Origin: Octopus sinensis
Lineage: Eukaryota
Assembly (NCBI RefSeq): GCF_006345805.1
Contig: NC_042999.1
Coordinates: forward strand, 61,876,001 to 61,940,000
Direction of reading: 5' to 3'
Length of the DNA stretch: 64,000 bases
The notes below the pieces were generated by a model. That model was not told where the DNA came from, made no database searches, and was given only the letters and a program-made list of their open reading frames with translations. How positions within the stretch are numbered: the stretch's first letter is position 1; the number at the start of each line of letters is the position of its first letter. The position numbers and the translations under genes are program-made. This document shows positions 25,830-39,411 of the stretch, piece after piece.

Positions 25830-25995
25830 CAGTCATGTTTCCTAGAAAGGAAGGCAGAAGAGGGTTAAAATCAGTAGAGGGCAGCGCGGAGTTAGCTAGA
25901 GTAGATAGAGTTTTCGATGTAGGTAATAGTGAAGAAAGTTTAGTAAGAGCTGCGAGAATCACAACAGGATATACGGAAACCAAAAAGCCAAATAA
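25830..25995 (+). pseudogene. R4/Dong-like LINE fragment (post-RT region)
   Basis: PRKEGRRGLKSVEGSAELA..NSEESLVRAA matches the RLE-clade PRxEGGRGL motif. Confidence 0.55.
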
Positions 25996-26089
25996 AATTT
26001 AAATCCAGAAAAAAGAAGAAATATTATCTACTTGCTCAAGTTTAAATCTCTTGAGCTCTACGAAGTGTATTCTATACTGAGAATACATG

Positions 26090-26124
<35 letters not shown>

Positions 26125-26129
26125 TATAT

Positions 26130-26505
26130 ATATATAATACATATAAATGTGTAATGGTGTCTGTCTGCGTGTTGGGGTTACTCTAACTCTTGCCACACCG
26201 TCCAACCGATTTTTAAAATTTTTGGCACGTAGGTAGATCACATGCCCTGAAGTTCAATTAAGGCCGGAATTTTTCGAAAATTTGATAGTGCTCAGTTGGA
26301 ATCGATTTTGTGAGCCCAATCGGGCGTTTGAACGAAAATTCCCATAACGATGTTATTTCCTGCAGCTTTTGCATTTTTTAACGTGTAAAATTTCAACAAA
26401 TCGATAGAATAGTCTCTAAGGAAATGCTTGTTCAATACAAGCTCAGAGGTGGGCTTAACTTCAACACGGAAAACACGATCAACGCCGGGTTCAACAGCTG
26501 GTTTA
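26130..26505 (+). mobile_element. Degenerate Helitron-like element
   Basis: Core CAACCGATTTTTAAAATTTTTGGCAC like 22061; 3' remnant ACGATCAACGCCGGG..AGCTGGT. Confidence 0.5.
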
Positions 26506-26678
26506 CTCCTATATATATTTGCTCACTGTAATAGAGTGATCGACAATGATCTTTTGTGGTTAAGCATCCTATTACACTTGGAACATCCAATGCAGCGTTC
26601 CAAACAACCACAATGGTGAAATGAGCATAAAAATAAATGTTACAAACTTGTATTTGCTGTAATTTCTCTCACATACAC

Positions 26679-26791
<113 letters not shown>

Positions 26792-27122
26792 ATATATACA
26801 TATATACGCATATATACACATATATACACATATATACACATATATACACATATATGTATATATATATATATGTATATAGTGATAGATACTGTTATATCCC
26901 TCTTCTTCTCTCCCCCACTCTTCTCTCCCCCTCTCTCTCCCCCTCTCTCTCTCCCTCTCTCTCTCTTTCTCTTTCTATCAAACCTTTTTATAATCATCAT
27001 GATCAGTGTTTCTTTTATCATAGTATTTTCTGTTTTTCCCTGTTTTCTATTAATCGCATTGATGCATCGCTCGCAAGAACGATGCAGCTGTTATTTGTAT
27101 TTATATCCACACAAGTAAATTA

Positions 27123-27688
27123 TTGGGTTGTCCGGAAAGTTCGTGCCGATTTATAATAGCTTACCTTTTGACTAATTTTAGAACATGGTTGAGTCCATAA
27201 AATAGAATTTGACTACACCTCCATTTAGAGCACAGTTTAAGCTATCTTTTCGTGGAAGAAGGTTTTATGTTCCTATAACCTGTGTTAATTCTGTAACCCT
27301 TTAAAATGGAAGATAAGAAAGTTCATTTTCGGTACTTGATGCTTTGGGAACCAGACAAAAATTGCTGCAGCTCGACTGGGGTGTGTTACTCCACCCTCCA
27401 TATTCACCAGTTATTGCTCCTTCAGATTTCCACTCATTCAGGTCTCTGCAGAATAGTCTTAATGGTAAAAATTTCAATTCCTTGGATGACGTAAAAAGAT
27501 ACCTTGATGAATTCTTTGCCATGAAACCACCTCAATTCTGGGAAGAGGGTATTTTCAAGTTAAAGGAAAGATGGAGACGCATTGTGCAACAAAATGGTTC
27601 ATATTCGGTTGATTAAAAAGGTAATGGCAATATTTATTGCCCTTTTACTTTCCTTTAAAAATCGGCACGAACTTTCCGGACAATCCAA
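27123..27688 (+). mobile_element. Internally deleted mariner element with both TIRs and TA TSD
   Basis: TIRs TTGGGTTGTCCGGAAAGTTCGTGCCGATTT / AAATCGGCACGAACTTTCCGGACAATCCAA; TA at 27121-27122 and 27689-27690; MEDKKVHFRYLMLW fused out of frame to HPPYSPVIAPSDFH..RW..IVQQNGSY. Confidence 0.9.
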
Positions 27689-28528
27689 TATATAGTCATC
27701 AATGTTTCTTTTTAGTATTTTATCTGACTGTATCTATTGTGCTTTTATCTATTGTCCTGACTATTCACTGTCATCTTTTAAACCATGTTTCTCGCAAATA
27801 TTTCTCTAACTTTAACTTATATTTACTCAAAATTATTCTCATCTTACTCTAGGACTATATGAAGATTTATATTTCACTTGATTTTATTTAGCATAGATAT
27901 TGTAGTGCTGTAGTACTGTAGTGTGTGTGTGTGTGTGTGTGTGTTGTGTGTGTGTGTGTGTGTGTAAGCGTGCGTATATGCTTGTGTATATTGTACTCTT
28001 GTAGAAACTATATTATTGTGATATGTGTATATTTGTACGTGTTGTAGTAATTCATATATATTTTATACTTTACTTCCTTAGTGGATCCAGCAATGCAATT
28101 TGGTTCCCGGAGCGGAAACACATATCATTCTCTGGTCTCTAGTTGTCCGATATTATAGCTTCAGGTAGTCTTATTTCAAGCGTATCCGCAGTATGGATGG
28201 ATTTTATGCTTAACCAACGAATGCTGTTTTATAAATGAATCGCATATGTTATATTGGTCATGAATCATAAAAACGGATTTTCTTCGAAGCAGGATGAGGG
28301 GGTTTATTTTGATGTAATATAAATCATTTGGGAGTATACTTTGGTGTTTTAGGCATGTAAAATATGCAACAGATATCAGTATATTCAACTGGTTCATTTT
28401 CATAGTCATGTGGTTTGCACTCCCACGCAGAATATTTCAAGCAGGTGAAGAAATTTCTGACTATTGTTTAAATAAAATTTACAATTCAAAAAGATAGATA
28501 CATGAATTCAAAAAATCTATCTACGCTA

Positions 28529-29000
28529 TACAGGGTGTCCCAAAAGTCGCTGATGGGTTTCAATTTTTAATAACTTCCTTAACTTTACAAATAAATGCAT
28601 GAAATTTTGATACAATATAAAGGACATTATGGAAATTAATATGCACAAGTCAAATTTTGCAACACCACTACATCACATATGGAAAATGACATCGCTTAAA
28701 TGGTAACCATTTTGACTTCGTACGCCCATGGAGTTTGGAAACTCTTTCCAAAAGAGTTTCAGACCCACTTTTCTGATTTCTCTACGGACGTTCTCCTTCA
28801 GTTGCACCAGGGTCTTCGGTTTGTTCACGTAAACCCTCTTTCACCTGTCCTCACAAGAAAAAATGGGGGGTAGTCAAATCTGGGGAACGTGAAGGCCAGT
28901 TTTCCATTACCGTAGCGGGAGATTATTCTCTCTCCAAAGCACTGCCATAGCAACTGCATTCTCTGGCGGTATTAGCAGTTGCCCCATCTTGCTGGAACTA
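28529..29000 (-). mobile_element. Tc1/mariner relic, rosa/maT-like
   Basis: Minus strand FQQDGATANTA, NWPSRSPDLT, VYVNKPKTLVQLKENVRREI; terminus TACAGGGTGTCCCAAAAGT at 28529. Confidence 0.7.
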
Positions 29001-30000
29001 TGTGTGAGGTCTACTTTGAATGGCTATCACGTTCCCTAGACTTGACTAACTCGGATGTAGATAAGAATTTGGTTTTCACGTCAACCGGATAGCTAAAAGA
29101 AGTAAAAAGTGAAAAGATGTTCTGTTAGCTTTTATTGATACGTCATAATCCTCTTGTTGATTATGACGTATTTAATTCAGAGAGCGGACCTTTTGGTAAA
29201 ATCGTTATAGCATCGGCTAGGATATTTTATTGTTTTCGTTCCGATTCTTTGCTCTCTGAGTTCAATTCCTGTCAAATTAATTTTCCTTCATCATTTCGGA
29301 GTCGATAAATAAAGTACGAGTCCAGAACTGGGGTATGTCTTTATTTCATCGCTAACTTTCTATCTGGATTCTGACTGCCACTGGTGCAGTTTTGTTGCAT
29401 TGAGTCACTGAACAAGTGGAAAGTACTGATATCTGCCTAAGGAGAGGAAATAAGTGGTGCTCTAGTACGTTTCATTTCTTAAGTTTTTTAGACGCCATGG
29501 TATTGTTTAAAGAAGATTTGGGACACTTAATCAATCTTGGTCGGAGACCTACCGGTTTACATCCTTCACCTAGAAAAGGAAATACTATTTGTGATCTTCT
29601 ACCTATATTTGACATCAATATTCAGTGAAGATTCTGCTGACCAAAACCTATATTCGTGATTTCCAGTCCGGTTAATCTCATATGGAACTTTAACATAGAC
29701 TCCTCGTTGTAACCTTGACTTGAGCAAATATTTGACCACTTGAGTTGCACCACGTGTTTAAACTACTCGAACTGCATTTTCTTAAAATATCCACTGAAAC
29801 TAACGACAGAAATCGCAACGAGATCGGTATCAAGGATGTCTATTGTAACTCATCTAGACGGAGAGAGCAGTTTGAAATAGCACTCGGGCTAATAAAATTT
29901 GTTTGTAAACAAGATATTAATTGTAACTACATGACGAACTTTTTTGTAAGAACCTGGAAACATTAAAACGCATTCAAGAAATTTCTATCCTACTCCCCCT

Positions 30001-30042
<42 letters not shown>

Positions 30043-30676
30043 TCCTTTTGTACTCTTAAACAACGATACAGGATTAAACTATAAACTATTTTCTCTCAAT
30101 AAGAAATGTCTAACTTCGTACAATCATTAATTTTGTGTAATTTATATATCTCAAGTTATGAAGTGCGTATGATTGCAAGGAAGGATGAAATAGCGCTATT
30201 CATGGCTACAAAACGAGTAAACAAACTTAATGTGTATACATTGTCCGCCTTTGCTCTTTCATACAAATTCCAAACATTCAAATTCGCTTGAACGTGACTT
30301 AGTCTGGAAGAGATTGTCTCCCTTATAATAGCTAACACCCGCGATACAAAACGGTGTTTTTCTAACATTTTTTCTTTGGTTATTATTCAATTCGTATTTG
30401 TTTACCTTTTGATTTTAATACCAGATCGATTGATTCTGCAACACCACAAATTTCAAATTTCGTTCGCTCGTTTGGTCGGTGAGGTGGATATAACGGGGTC
30501 TGATATTGTCAACTTCAAAGCTGTGGTATTTTGTGTATTTACACGTGAGTACGTATATATCATACTACTTATATTTATTTATAAGTACTATCCATAAAAA
30601 TGTATATTTTTGCATACAAACACAAACACACACACACACACATACACACACATTTATATATATACATATATATATA

Positions 30677-31048
<372 letters not shown>

Positions 31049-31065
31049 AAATAATAATAATAATA

Positions 31066-31110
<45 letters not shown>

Positions 31111-31120
31111 TAATAATAAA

Positions 31121-31241
31121 GAACGAACTACTGAGTTTGGTTTAATGGCCTACCAATAAACACTATGACTTTCTTTGCCCTAGGAGTCGGGAAGACACTC
31201 GGCAAGAAATGGAAGAAAATTTGAAAGAAGAAAAAAAAAAG
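31121..31241 (+). mobile_element. 3'UTR-only copy of the Dong/R4-like LINE inside the (AAT)n array
   Basis: Near-identical to 32099-32217; (AAT)n on both sides. Confidence 0.85.
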
Positions 31242-31261
31242 TAATAATAATAATAATAATA

Positions 31262-32217
31262 GCGCTATTCAATTGGCTGATAGGTGGGAGGAGAAACCTC
31301 TGCACGGCAAATATGTGACCCGCAGCAAACAAGCTAATGTTGACTAGAAGCAAACCCATCAGTGGCTACGGAGCTCAGGGCTAAAAGCAGAGAGCGAAGG
31401 TTTCATCCTGGCTGCTCAAGATCAAAGCCTATTAACCCGGAACTACCAGGCCAATGTGATGAAAAATGGAGCAGACCCAAAATGCCGATTCTGCAACGAC
31501 ATGATTGAAACAGTGGACCACCTAATCTCTGGATGTAAAGTCTTAGCACCAGTGGAGTATAAATAAGACATGACAGAGTTGGCCAATATCTCCACTGGCT
31601 AATACGTCAGCATTACAATATCAAAACTGCCGACAAGTGGTATAATCACCACCTGAGGCTGTAACTGAAGGAGAAAATGTAACCATTCTGTGGGACTTTC
31701 CAGGACATACAGACCGAACCATCAAGGCCAATAAACCAGATATTGTTGTGAACGACCAAAACAATAAAGTTTGCTTATTGATCGACATGAGCATCCCCTC
31801 TGATCATAATATCTCAGCGAAAGAGTTTGACAAGCTCAGAAAATATAAAGACCTACTCATTGAAATTGAGAAAATGTGGCATCTCAAGGCGGTTACAATA
31901 CCAGTGATCGTAGGAGCACTAGGAATGATCAAGAAGGGAACCGAAAATTATATGAGAATGATCCCTGGCTTACCATCCCTGCAAGAAGTGCAAAAGATTG
32001 TCTTAACTGGTACATCACACGTATTGAGAAGAGCATTGTCGATGTGAGAACTGTTGCTGCTCAGGTATTTTAATTTAACTTAAAAAAAAAAAAAAAATGA
32101 ACGAACTACTGAGTTTGGTTTAATGGCCTACCAATGTATACTATGACTTTCTTTGCCCTAGGAGTCGGGAAGACACTCGGCAAGAAATGGAAGCAAATTT
32201 GAAAGAAGAAAAAAAAG
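31262..32217 (+). mobile_element. 5'-truncated R4/Dong-like LINE (CCHC + restriction-like endonuclease + 3'UTR)
   Basis: EKPLHGKY; AESEGFILAAQDQ; CRFC..DHLISGC; RHDRVGQYLHW; KPDIVV..IDMSIP..EFDKLRKY; IPVIVGALG; stop at 32047; (AAT)n on both sides. Confidence 0.9.
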
Positions 32218-32254
32218 TAATAATAACAATAATAATAATAACAATAACAATAAC

Positions 32255-32297
<43 letters not shown>

Positions 32298-32764
32298 TAA
32301 TAATAATAATAGTAATAATAAATAATAATAGAATAAATGTACTTATCTTAACTTATACTAATTTGGTGCCAGTGCGTGTAGATATTATGTATGTTAATTG
32401 AATTTTTCCTTGTAAGTATGGAATTATATTCCTTACTACTATATATGTGTGTATATATATATATATAAATGTGTGTGTGTGTGTATGTCTGTATGTATAT
32501 ATGTCTGTATGTGTACGTATTGTTCCTCATGTAACTCCGAGGTTTTGTTCACACACATATACACAGATACAAACACATACGCATACATACATATACATGC
32601 ATACATGGATATACACACATTCATATATGTATTTTTATGTATATACATGTGCCTAAGCATGTGTATGTGGAGCGAGTCTCTCTGCGTTAGTTTCTTTTGC
32701 ATAAAAATTATTGCATTTACTTTACGGCATATGTAAGTATGAATATATATATATATATATATAT

Positions 32765-32970
32765 AGTTAATCCAAACATGAAAACACAAAGAAAAAACAC
32801 AACAACGCGAGGACGTGGAACAAGTATAGTGTTATTGGACGCTCAGGAAAGGAAAGAAAGAAGGAGAAGTTAACGTTTCGAGCGGAGCCCTTCGTCAGAA
32901 ACTTAGGAAAAGGAAAGATCCAAGGAAGGGAAGACGGAGGAAACAAATTGCCAACGGTACACACGCCGTG
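32765..32970 (-). mobile_element. HHR-2 element (Penelope-like pLTR fragment) ending in (TA)n
   Basis: Homologous to 1397-1573 and 57030-57232. Confidence 0.8.
32867..32904 (-). ncRNA. Minimal type I hammerhead ribozyme (HHR-2), core intact
   Basis: Minus strand AAGTTT-CTGACGA-A-GGGC-TCC-GCTC-GAAAC-GTT-AACTT; AACGTT palindrome; stem I with one bulge. Confidence 0.75.
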
Positions 32971-33396
32971 ACACACACACACACACATACACACACACAT
33001 ATATATATATATATTCATACATACATACACGTAGAAAACATGATTTTGTGCCAGTGCGTGTAGATATTTATATATGATATGTGCGTATATGTAAATATAT
33101 GTGTGTGTTTATTATGCAGTTATGTGTTTATGAAGGTATGTATGTGTGTGTGTGTAAATGTATGTATATATGTGTGAATGTAAGAGTGGGAGAAAGATAC
33201 AGAATGAAATAGGGGGAAAGAGTAACAGTGTAAGAGAAAGTGGCAAAATGACAAAATCTGTGGACGTGTCTGAATAGAAACATTTGTGTGTGTGAGTGTG
33301 TGTGTGCGCACGCGTGCGTGCGTGACTAGTGTGTATATGCATATTAACATGCGTGTATGTATATATGTGTGTGTGTGTGGTGCGTTTGTGCGTACA

Positions 33397-33452
<56 letters not shown>

Positions 33453-34037
33453 TGTATGTATGTATGAAACCATATTTGTGTAAACAAAAGTGCAGTCTTC
33501 CTTAAATATCACTAAATTTGAAAGAAATAAACACCGTTTTATCAGCACAACTTTCTATGCGTTGACTTGTCGTTAGCCTACATAAACTTACAGTTATTTC
33601 GTATAAATGACCTTTTATTCTATAAGAAATACAATAAAAACAACAATGGCTAAAGAAATATTTACTGCAATGCACATAACAATGTGTGTGATAAGCAATT
33701 TTCTTATACAATTTGTAGGAACATGAAACCATTTACTACCCATTCTTGGTTATGTTCATCTACATCGTAACTTTAATGCAGGCATAGAGACCAGGTTAAC
33801 CTTTTGTACGATGCAATTTTAGGATCTGAAAAATGCTAACTATAGACATTCAAAAAGATCAGTTGAAATGTCTGTGTGACAATTATATATATATATGAAA
33901 TTTTAGATAAGTTTTCGCCGAAGTATTTTGAAATGTCAGAATGAGTACAGATGTTGGATAGAATAATATACACACATGCACACATATACCTATATATATA
34001 TGTATGTATGTATATTATATTATATATGTATATATTA

Positions 34038-34090
<53 letters not shown>

Positions 34091-35159
34091 CATACACATA
34101 TATATATATATTTCCATACATATGTATACAGTTAGACATTTGAATATGCACACTCGCTTACAACACACACACACACACACATACACACACACACAAAACA
34201 CACACACACGCGAGCATATATATGTATATATATATATATGTGTGTGTACACACACACATGTATATATGTATATATATATATGTGTGTGTGTGTACACACA
34301 CACATATATATATATACATATATATGCTCGCGTGTGTGTGTGTTTTGTGTGTGTGTGTTTTGTGTGTGTGTGTGTGTGTGTGTGTTTATGTACTTATGCA
34401 TATTTATACATATACACGCGCGCATGCACGCACTCATATTTCTTACAAAGAAGGATCCACTCCGATGCCACATATCTTTTTCTTGCTTACGCGACATTCT
34501 TATTGCGTCTTAAAGAATGATCACACGCCATGATTGGTGACGGAGTGAATAATAACTTCAAAAGACTCTATGAAGACAAATGCGCATATACATGTGTAGT
34601 TATGAATACACTTCGAAACTACGTATTCTCGGATTCAGTCCCACTGTACGGTAACTTTAGCAAGTGTCTCCTACTACAATCCCAGACGGTACAAAGTCTT
34701 GTCAGTGTATTTGGTAGATTGAAACTGAAAGACGTCTATTGTATAAACGTGTGTGTCTGTATGTGTGTGTGTGTGTCTGTCTGTGTGTGTGTCTGTGTCT
34801 GTGTCTGTGAGTGTGCGTGCGTATGTCGGCTTACATAAATGTCTCTGTGTGTTAAAATTTGCAATCAACGAAAGTCTCTAACTATTAGTGCTGTTCTTGT
34901 AACCATTTTTCTTCTCAGCAAATTGATATCTCACCCATACCTTCGAAAATGTGTGAAATAAGAAACCTCTTAACTGAAAACAGGTAAGGGTGATCGATGG
35001 GAAGAGCCTCCGTCTTTTACATTATACCTTCGATAATACAATCAACCAACCTTTACTAAATGGAAAACGGACGTAAAAAGAACGAGCTAACGAATCTGTA
35101 TATATAAATATCATATATATATACATATATATATATATATTTCTTTCTTTTCTTTTTTC

Positions 35160-35525
35160 ATTTTCTTTTACTTGTTTCAGTCATTTGACTGCGGCCATGC
35201 TGGAGCACCGCCTTTAGTCGAGCAACTCGACCCCGGGACTTATTCTTTGTAAGCCCAGTACTTATTCTATCGGTCTCTTTTTGCCGAACCGCTAAGTGAC
35301 GGGGACGTAAACACACCAGCATTGGTTGTCAAGCAATGCTAGGGGGACAAACACAGACACACAAACACGCACACACATATATACATATATACGACGGGCT
35401 TCTTTCAGTTTCCATCTACCAAATCCACTCACAAGGCATTGGTCGGCCCGGGGCTATAGCAGAAGACACTTGTCCAAGGTGCCACGCAGTGGGACTGAAC
35501 CCGAACCATGTGGTTGGTTAGCAAG
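35160..35525 (-). mobile_element. SINE-B copy
   Basis: Consensus body; head runs into (TA)n at 35532. Confidence 0.9.
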
Positions 35526-35530
35526 CTTTA

Positions 35531-35653
<123 letters not shown>

Positions 35654-36060
35654 CGGGGATGTACTTGCATAGCAAGTGACCTGATCTGAGATCGTGTGCT
35701 GGAACGAAACACAATTGCAGCGTGAAAAGTGTTTATAAGCCATTTAAGAAACCACACAGATTAATAAATTAAAGATGAACAACGATCCTTTGCAAGCTAT
35801 GACTCTAACAAACTCCATATAGTTCTTAGAAGTGTAGTATATTCTTAGCTACATTAGTAGCAACATGGACTCTTTCCCTCTTCTTACTCTATTAGAGAAT
35901 TTGAGTAAAATTATATTAATGTGTCCAACTGATTAAAATTCAATTTATTTAAGCAGCTGAGGATAGCCCTGCAGTTAAATTGATGTAATGGTTGCATTGT
36001 TCAATTAAATTGAGCCGGTTGAAGCGGTCGTATTGCAACACCTCTTGATATCCTGTTGCT

Positions 36061-36101
<41 letters not shown>

Positions 36102-36594
36102 ACATACATACATACATACATACATACATACATACATACATACATACATACATACATACATAGTTTACTGCTGCGTTGAAGGTAAGATCAACGAAAATAT
36201 AGTCCATCCAGCAAGCGATAAATGTCATTTTAATGTACATTGATACGACCTGCTACTATTTCTAGCTCGGAGGTTGTTTTAAGATGTGATTTTGTATGTA
36301 TTAGTTTGGGGAAATGTGCATAAATAAGTGGGCCGGTGATGTAAAACTAATTAGTGTACATTTGTGATTAGAAACTAAAGCAATATAACATTAATTAGCC
36401 AGTCAGAGGCGCAGCGTGTGAATAGGTGAGACGTTATAAGCTATTGAACAAACATGCATCATGAGGTAATGTGAGATTTCCATGCATAATTGTTATGCAC
36501 GAAAGGTAAGATTGAGGTGGAGATAGAAAGGTTGTTTCTGAGTGTGAAAATTTTGAAATGGTGTGGCTAAAAGTAAGACAATGATAATTTCAAA

Positions 36595-36735
36595 TATTCT
36601 TTTCTACTCTAGGCACAAGGCCTGAAATTTTGGGGGAGGCGGGAGGGGGGCAGTCGATTAGATCGACCCCAGTACGCAACTCATACTTAATTTATCAACC
36701 TGAAAGGATGGAAGGCAAAGTCAACCTCGGCGGAA
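36595..36735 (-). mobile_element. SINE-A 3' fragment
   Basis: TCTACTCTAGGCACAAGGCC..GATCGACCCCAGT..GGCAAAGTCAACCTCGGCGGAAT. Confidence 0.75.
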
Positions 36736-37039
36736 TAATGATAATTGCATATTTTGATGGAATTTGGTAGTTTTAGAGTAGATTTTATTTATCGCAAAAG
36801 ATGCCGTGTGAAGCGGTGTTGTTGGTAGTATGACGAATGCGAAGAGCCGGCTACAGTAGAAAATATGAGTGCTAGAATATTCCTAAGTATTAAATCTGAA
36901 AAAGTACAAGACAAGAAAAAAACTTAAGATGCTGCAGCTGTAGTTAGAATTTAAAAGTTTATATGGTAGTAGATTCTATTTATATTTATTTTTCATAGTA
37001 ATTCTAATTAGAATACTCAAGAATATATTTATTTTGAAG

Positions 37040-37310
37040 TTTACTCTCTTTTTTTTTTACTTGTTTCAGTCATTTGACTGTGGCCATGCTGGAGCACCGC
37101 CTTCAGTCGAGCAAGTCGATCCCAGAACTTATTCTTTGCAAGCCTAGTACTTATTCTATCGGTCTCTTTTTGCCGAATCGCTAAGTGACGGGGACGTAAA
37201 CACACCAGCATCGGTTGTCAAGCGATTTTGGGCGAACAAACACAGACACACACCAACACAACATATAAACATACACACATACATATATCATACATACATA
37301 TATACATATA

Positions 37311-37343
<33 letters not shown>

Positions 37344-37545
37344 CAAATATTCGACGGGCTTCTTTCAGTTTCCGTCTACCAAATCCACTCACAAGGCTTT
37401 GGTCGGCCCGAGGCTATAGTAGAAGACACTAGCCCAAGGTGCCACGCAGTGGGACTGAATCGGGAACCATGTGGTTGGTATAGGTATTTTATAAAAGTAA
37501 AGAAATAGGTATGCAAGTTACATACTATACAGCCACTCCTACGCC
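37040..37545 (-). mobile_element. SINE-B copy
   Basis: Consensus body with internal CA/TA tract. Confidence 0.9.
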
Positions 37546-38409
37546 TTAGTAGGAGTGGTTTAGTAAAAAAAAAAGAATGATAATTGCCTGCAAGTTTACA
37601 CATTAAAAAGTTAATATTACAAACTTTGTGTTTTATATATTTAAAAAAATCACATAATAACACTTTAAACGAAATTGACATTATATTATAACCCCAAACA
37701 TTTTTTTAAAAATAAGCTAGAGAGACATTTCTACATTTTGCTTTCATTTTTTAAATATTCTTCTGATTGTAAATAGAAAACACTTTGTTATCTGATGATG
37801 CAAACTTTAAACAAATTTATTGTTTTGATTCTTAAAATTTTTTTTAGTATTTTTACTCGTATTCTTGAATTACATATATTCTGCATGAGTTTAATTCTAA
37901 CACAATATCTGTGTTATGAATTTTGTTATGAAAATTAAATTAAAAAATAATATAATACTAAAAATATGACAAATCTTTTAGCTTAATATAAAGAATAATT
38001 TTAGCCAAAAATATTAATTTAATTTAAAAAATTTGCAACAGAAAGCAAAAAATAATAAGCCAATAGAATACAAACCGAAGTAAGACAATACAATACCAAT
38101 CGAAATATTGGTGTGAAAGCAGACATTTTGAAGCCAAAAAAACCCTTGCATTTTATATTAGTATATTGTGGGGTTAATATTCCTTCGTAAGAGAATGAAG
38201 TATGGAGTTGAGCTGGCATCTTTTACTAGTATCTAAACAAAAGAAACCAGCTCGACATCGACTTCCATTCCTCTTGAGAAAGTAAAAGGCAAGGCGTTAT
38301 TTTGTATTCATTACTTCTTTCCACGTCTATATTTCATTTTCCAATTCACTGGCTTTTGAACCATAACAATTTTAGCTTTACAGCAGTGTGTATACGTGTG
38401 AATATGAAT

Positions 38410-38601
38410 GTAGGGGCTGGAGTGGCTGTGTGGTAGGTAGCTTGCTTACCAACCACATGGTTCCGGGTTCAGTCCCACTGCGTGGCACCGTGGGCAAATG
38501 CCTTCTACTATTGCTTCGGGACGACCAAAACCTTGTGAGTAGATTTGGTAGACGGAAACTGAAAGAAGCCCGTCGTATATATGTATATATATATGTATAT
38601 A

Positions 38602-38660
<59 letters not shown>

Positions 38661-38866
38661 GAATATATTATGTATGATATATATATGTATATATGTATGT
38701 GTGTATATGTTTTGTGTATCTGTTTGTCCCCCCCAACATCGCTTGACAACCGATGGTGGTGTGTTTACGTCCCTGTAACTTAGCGGTTCGGCAAAGTCCT
38801 GGGGTCGATTTGCTTGACTAAAGGTGGTGCTCCCGCATGGCCGTAGTCAAACTGAAACAAAAGAGT
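38410..38866 (+). mobile_element. SINE-B copy
   Basis: Head GGAGTGGCTGTGTGGTAGGTAGCTTGCTTACCAACCACATGGTTCCGGGTTCAGTCCC; internal (TA)n. Confidence 0.9.
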
Positions 38867-38932
38867 ATAACTGTTCAGTTTTTTTTGTAGTTAAAAATAA
38901 AGCTTGTTAAGGCTTAGATACATATGACCATT

Positions 38933-39003
38933 GACCATGTTTGCTTGAGTATGTTTATGACCTTGTTTGCTTGAGTATGTTTATGACCTTGTTTGCTTGA
39001 GTA
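38933..39003. repeat. 26-bp minisatellite, about 2.7 units
   Basis: TGACCTTGTTTGCTTGAGTATGTTTA repeated. Confidence 0.9.
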
Positions 39004-39411
39004 AATGGGATTCTTTTATGAAAAGTTTCCCTCTATGAAGATAAACAAAGAGAAAAGAAAGAAAAGAAATAACAAACATTTATGAATTTCTTCTAGACTA
39101 ATTATTATCTATCAGTAAAAAATGTTCGCTTCATAAACTGTTTAATTTATATCTCTAGGCTTATGCCATGCTGATGATTGGTGCTATATATAAATACTTA
39201 AGACTTGAAATTTTAAGATCTTAATCATAAATAATAATAATAATAAATTAAACGTATACTGTAAGCATTTTCTCCCTTACTTCTAAATTTCAGATTCATA
39301 CCTGTAAACCGAAATGTTATGAAGAAATCATGATCTCCCTCGTCAAGTCGTCAAATAACACGTAAATACGTCAAGTCCTCTAGGGGACTTTATGTGTTTG
39401 ATATAGATATA

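Noticed and set aside
38933-39003. Short regular repeats that might suggest a CRISPR array (also 42600-42715 and 20490-20740)
   Set aside because: Contiguous tandem duplications without unique spacers, no cas genes, and a eukaryotic context.
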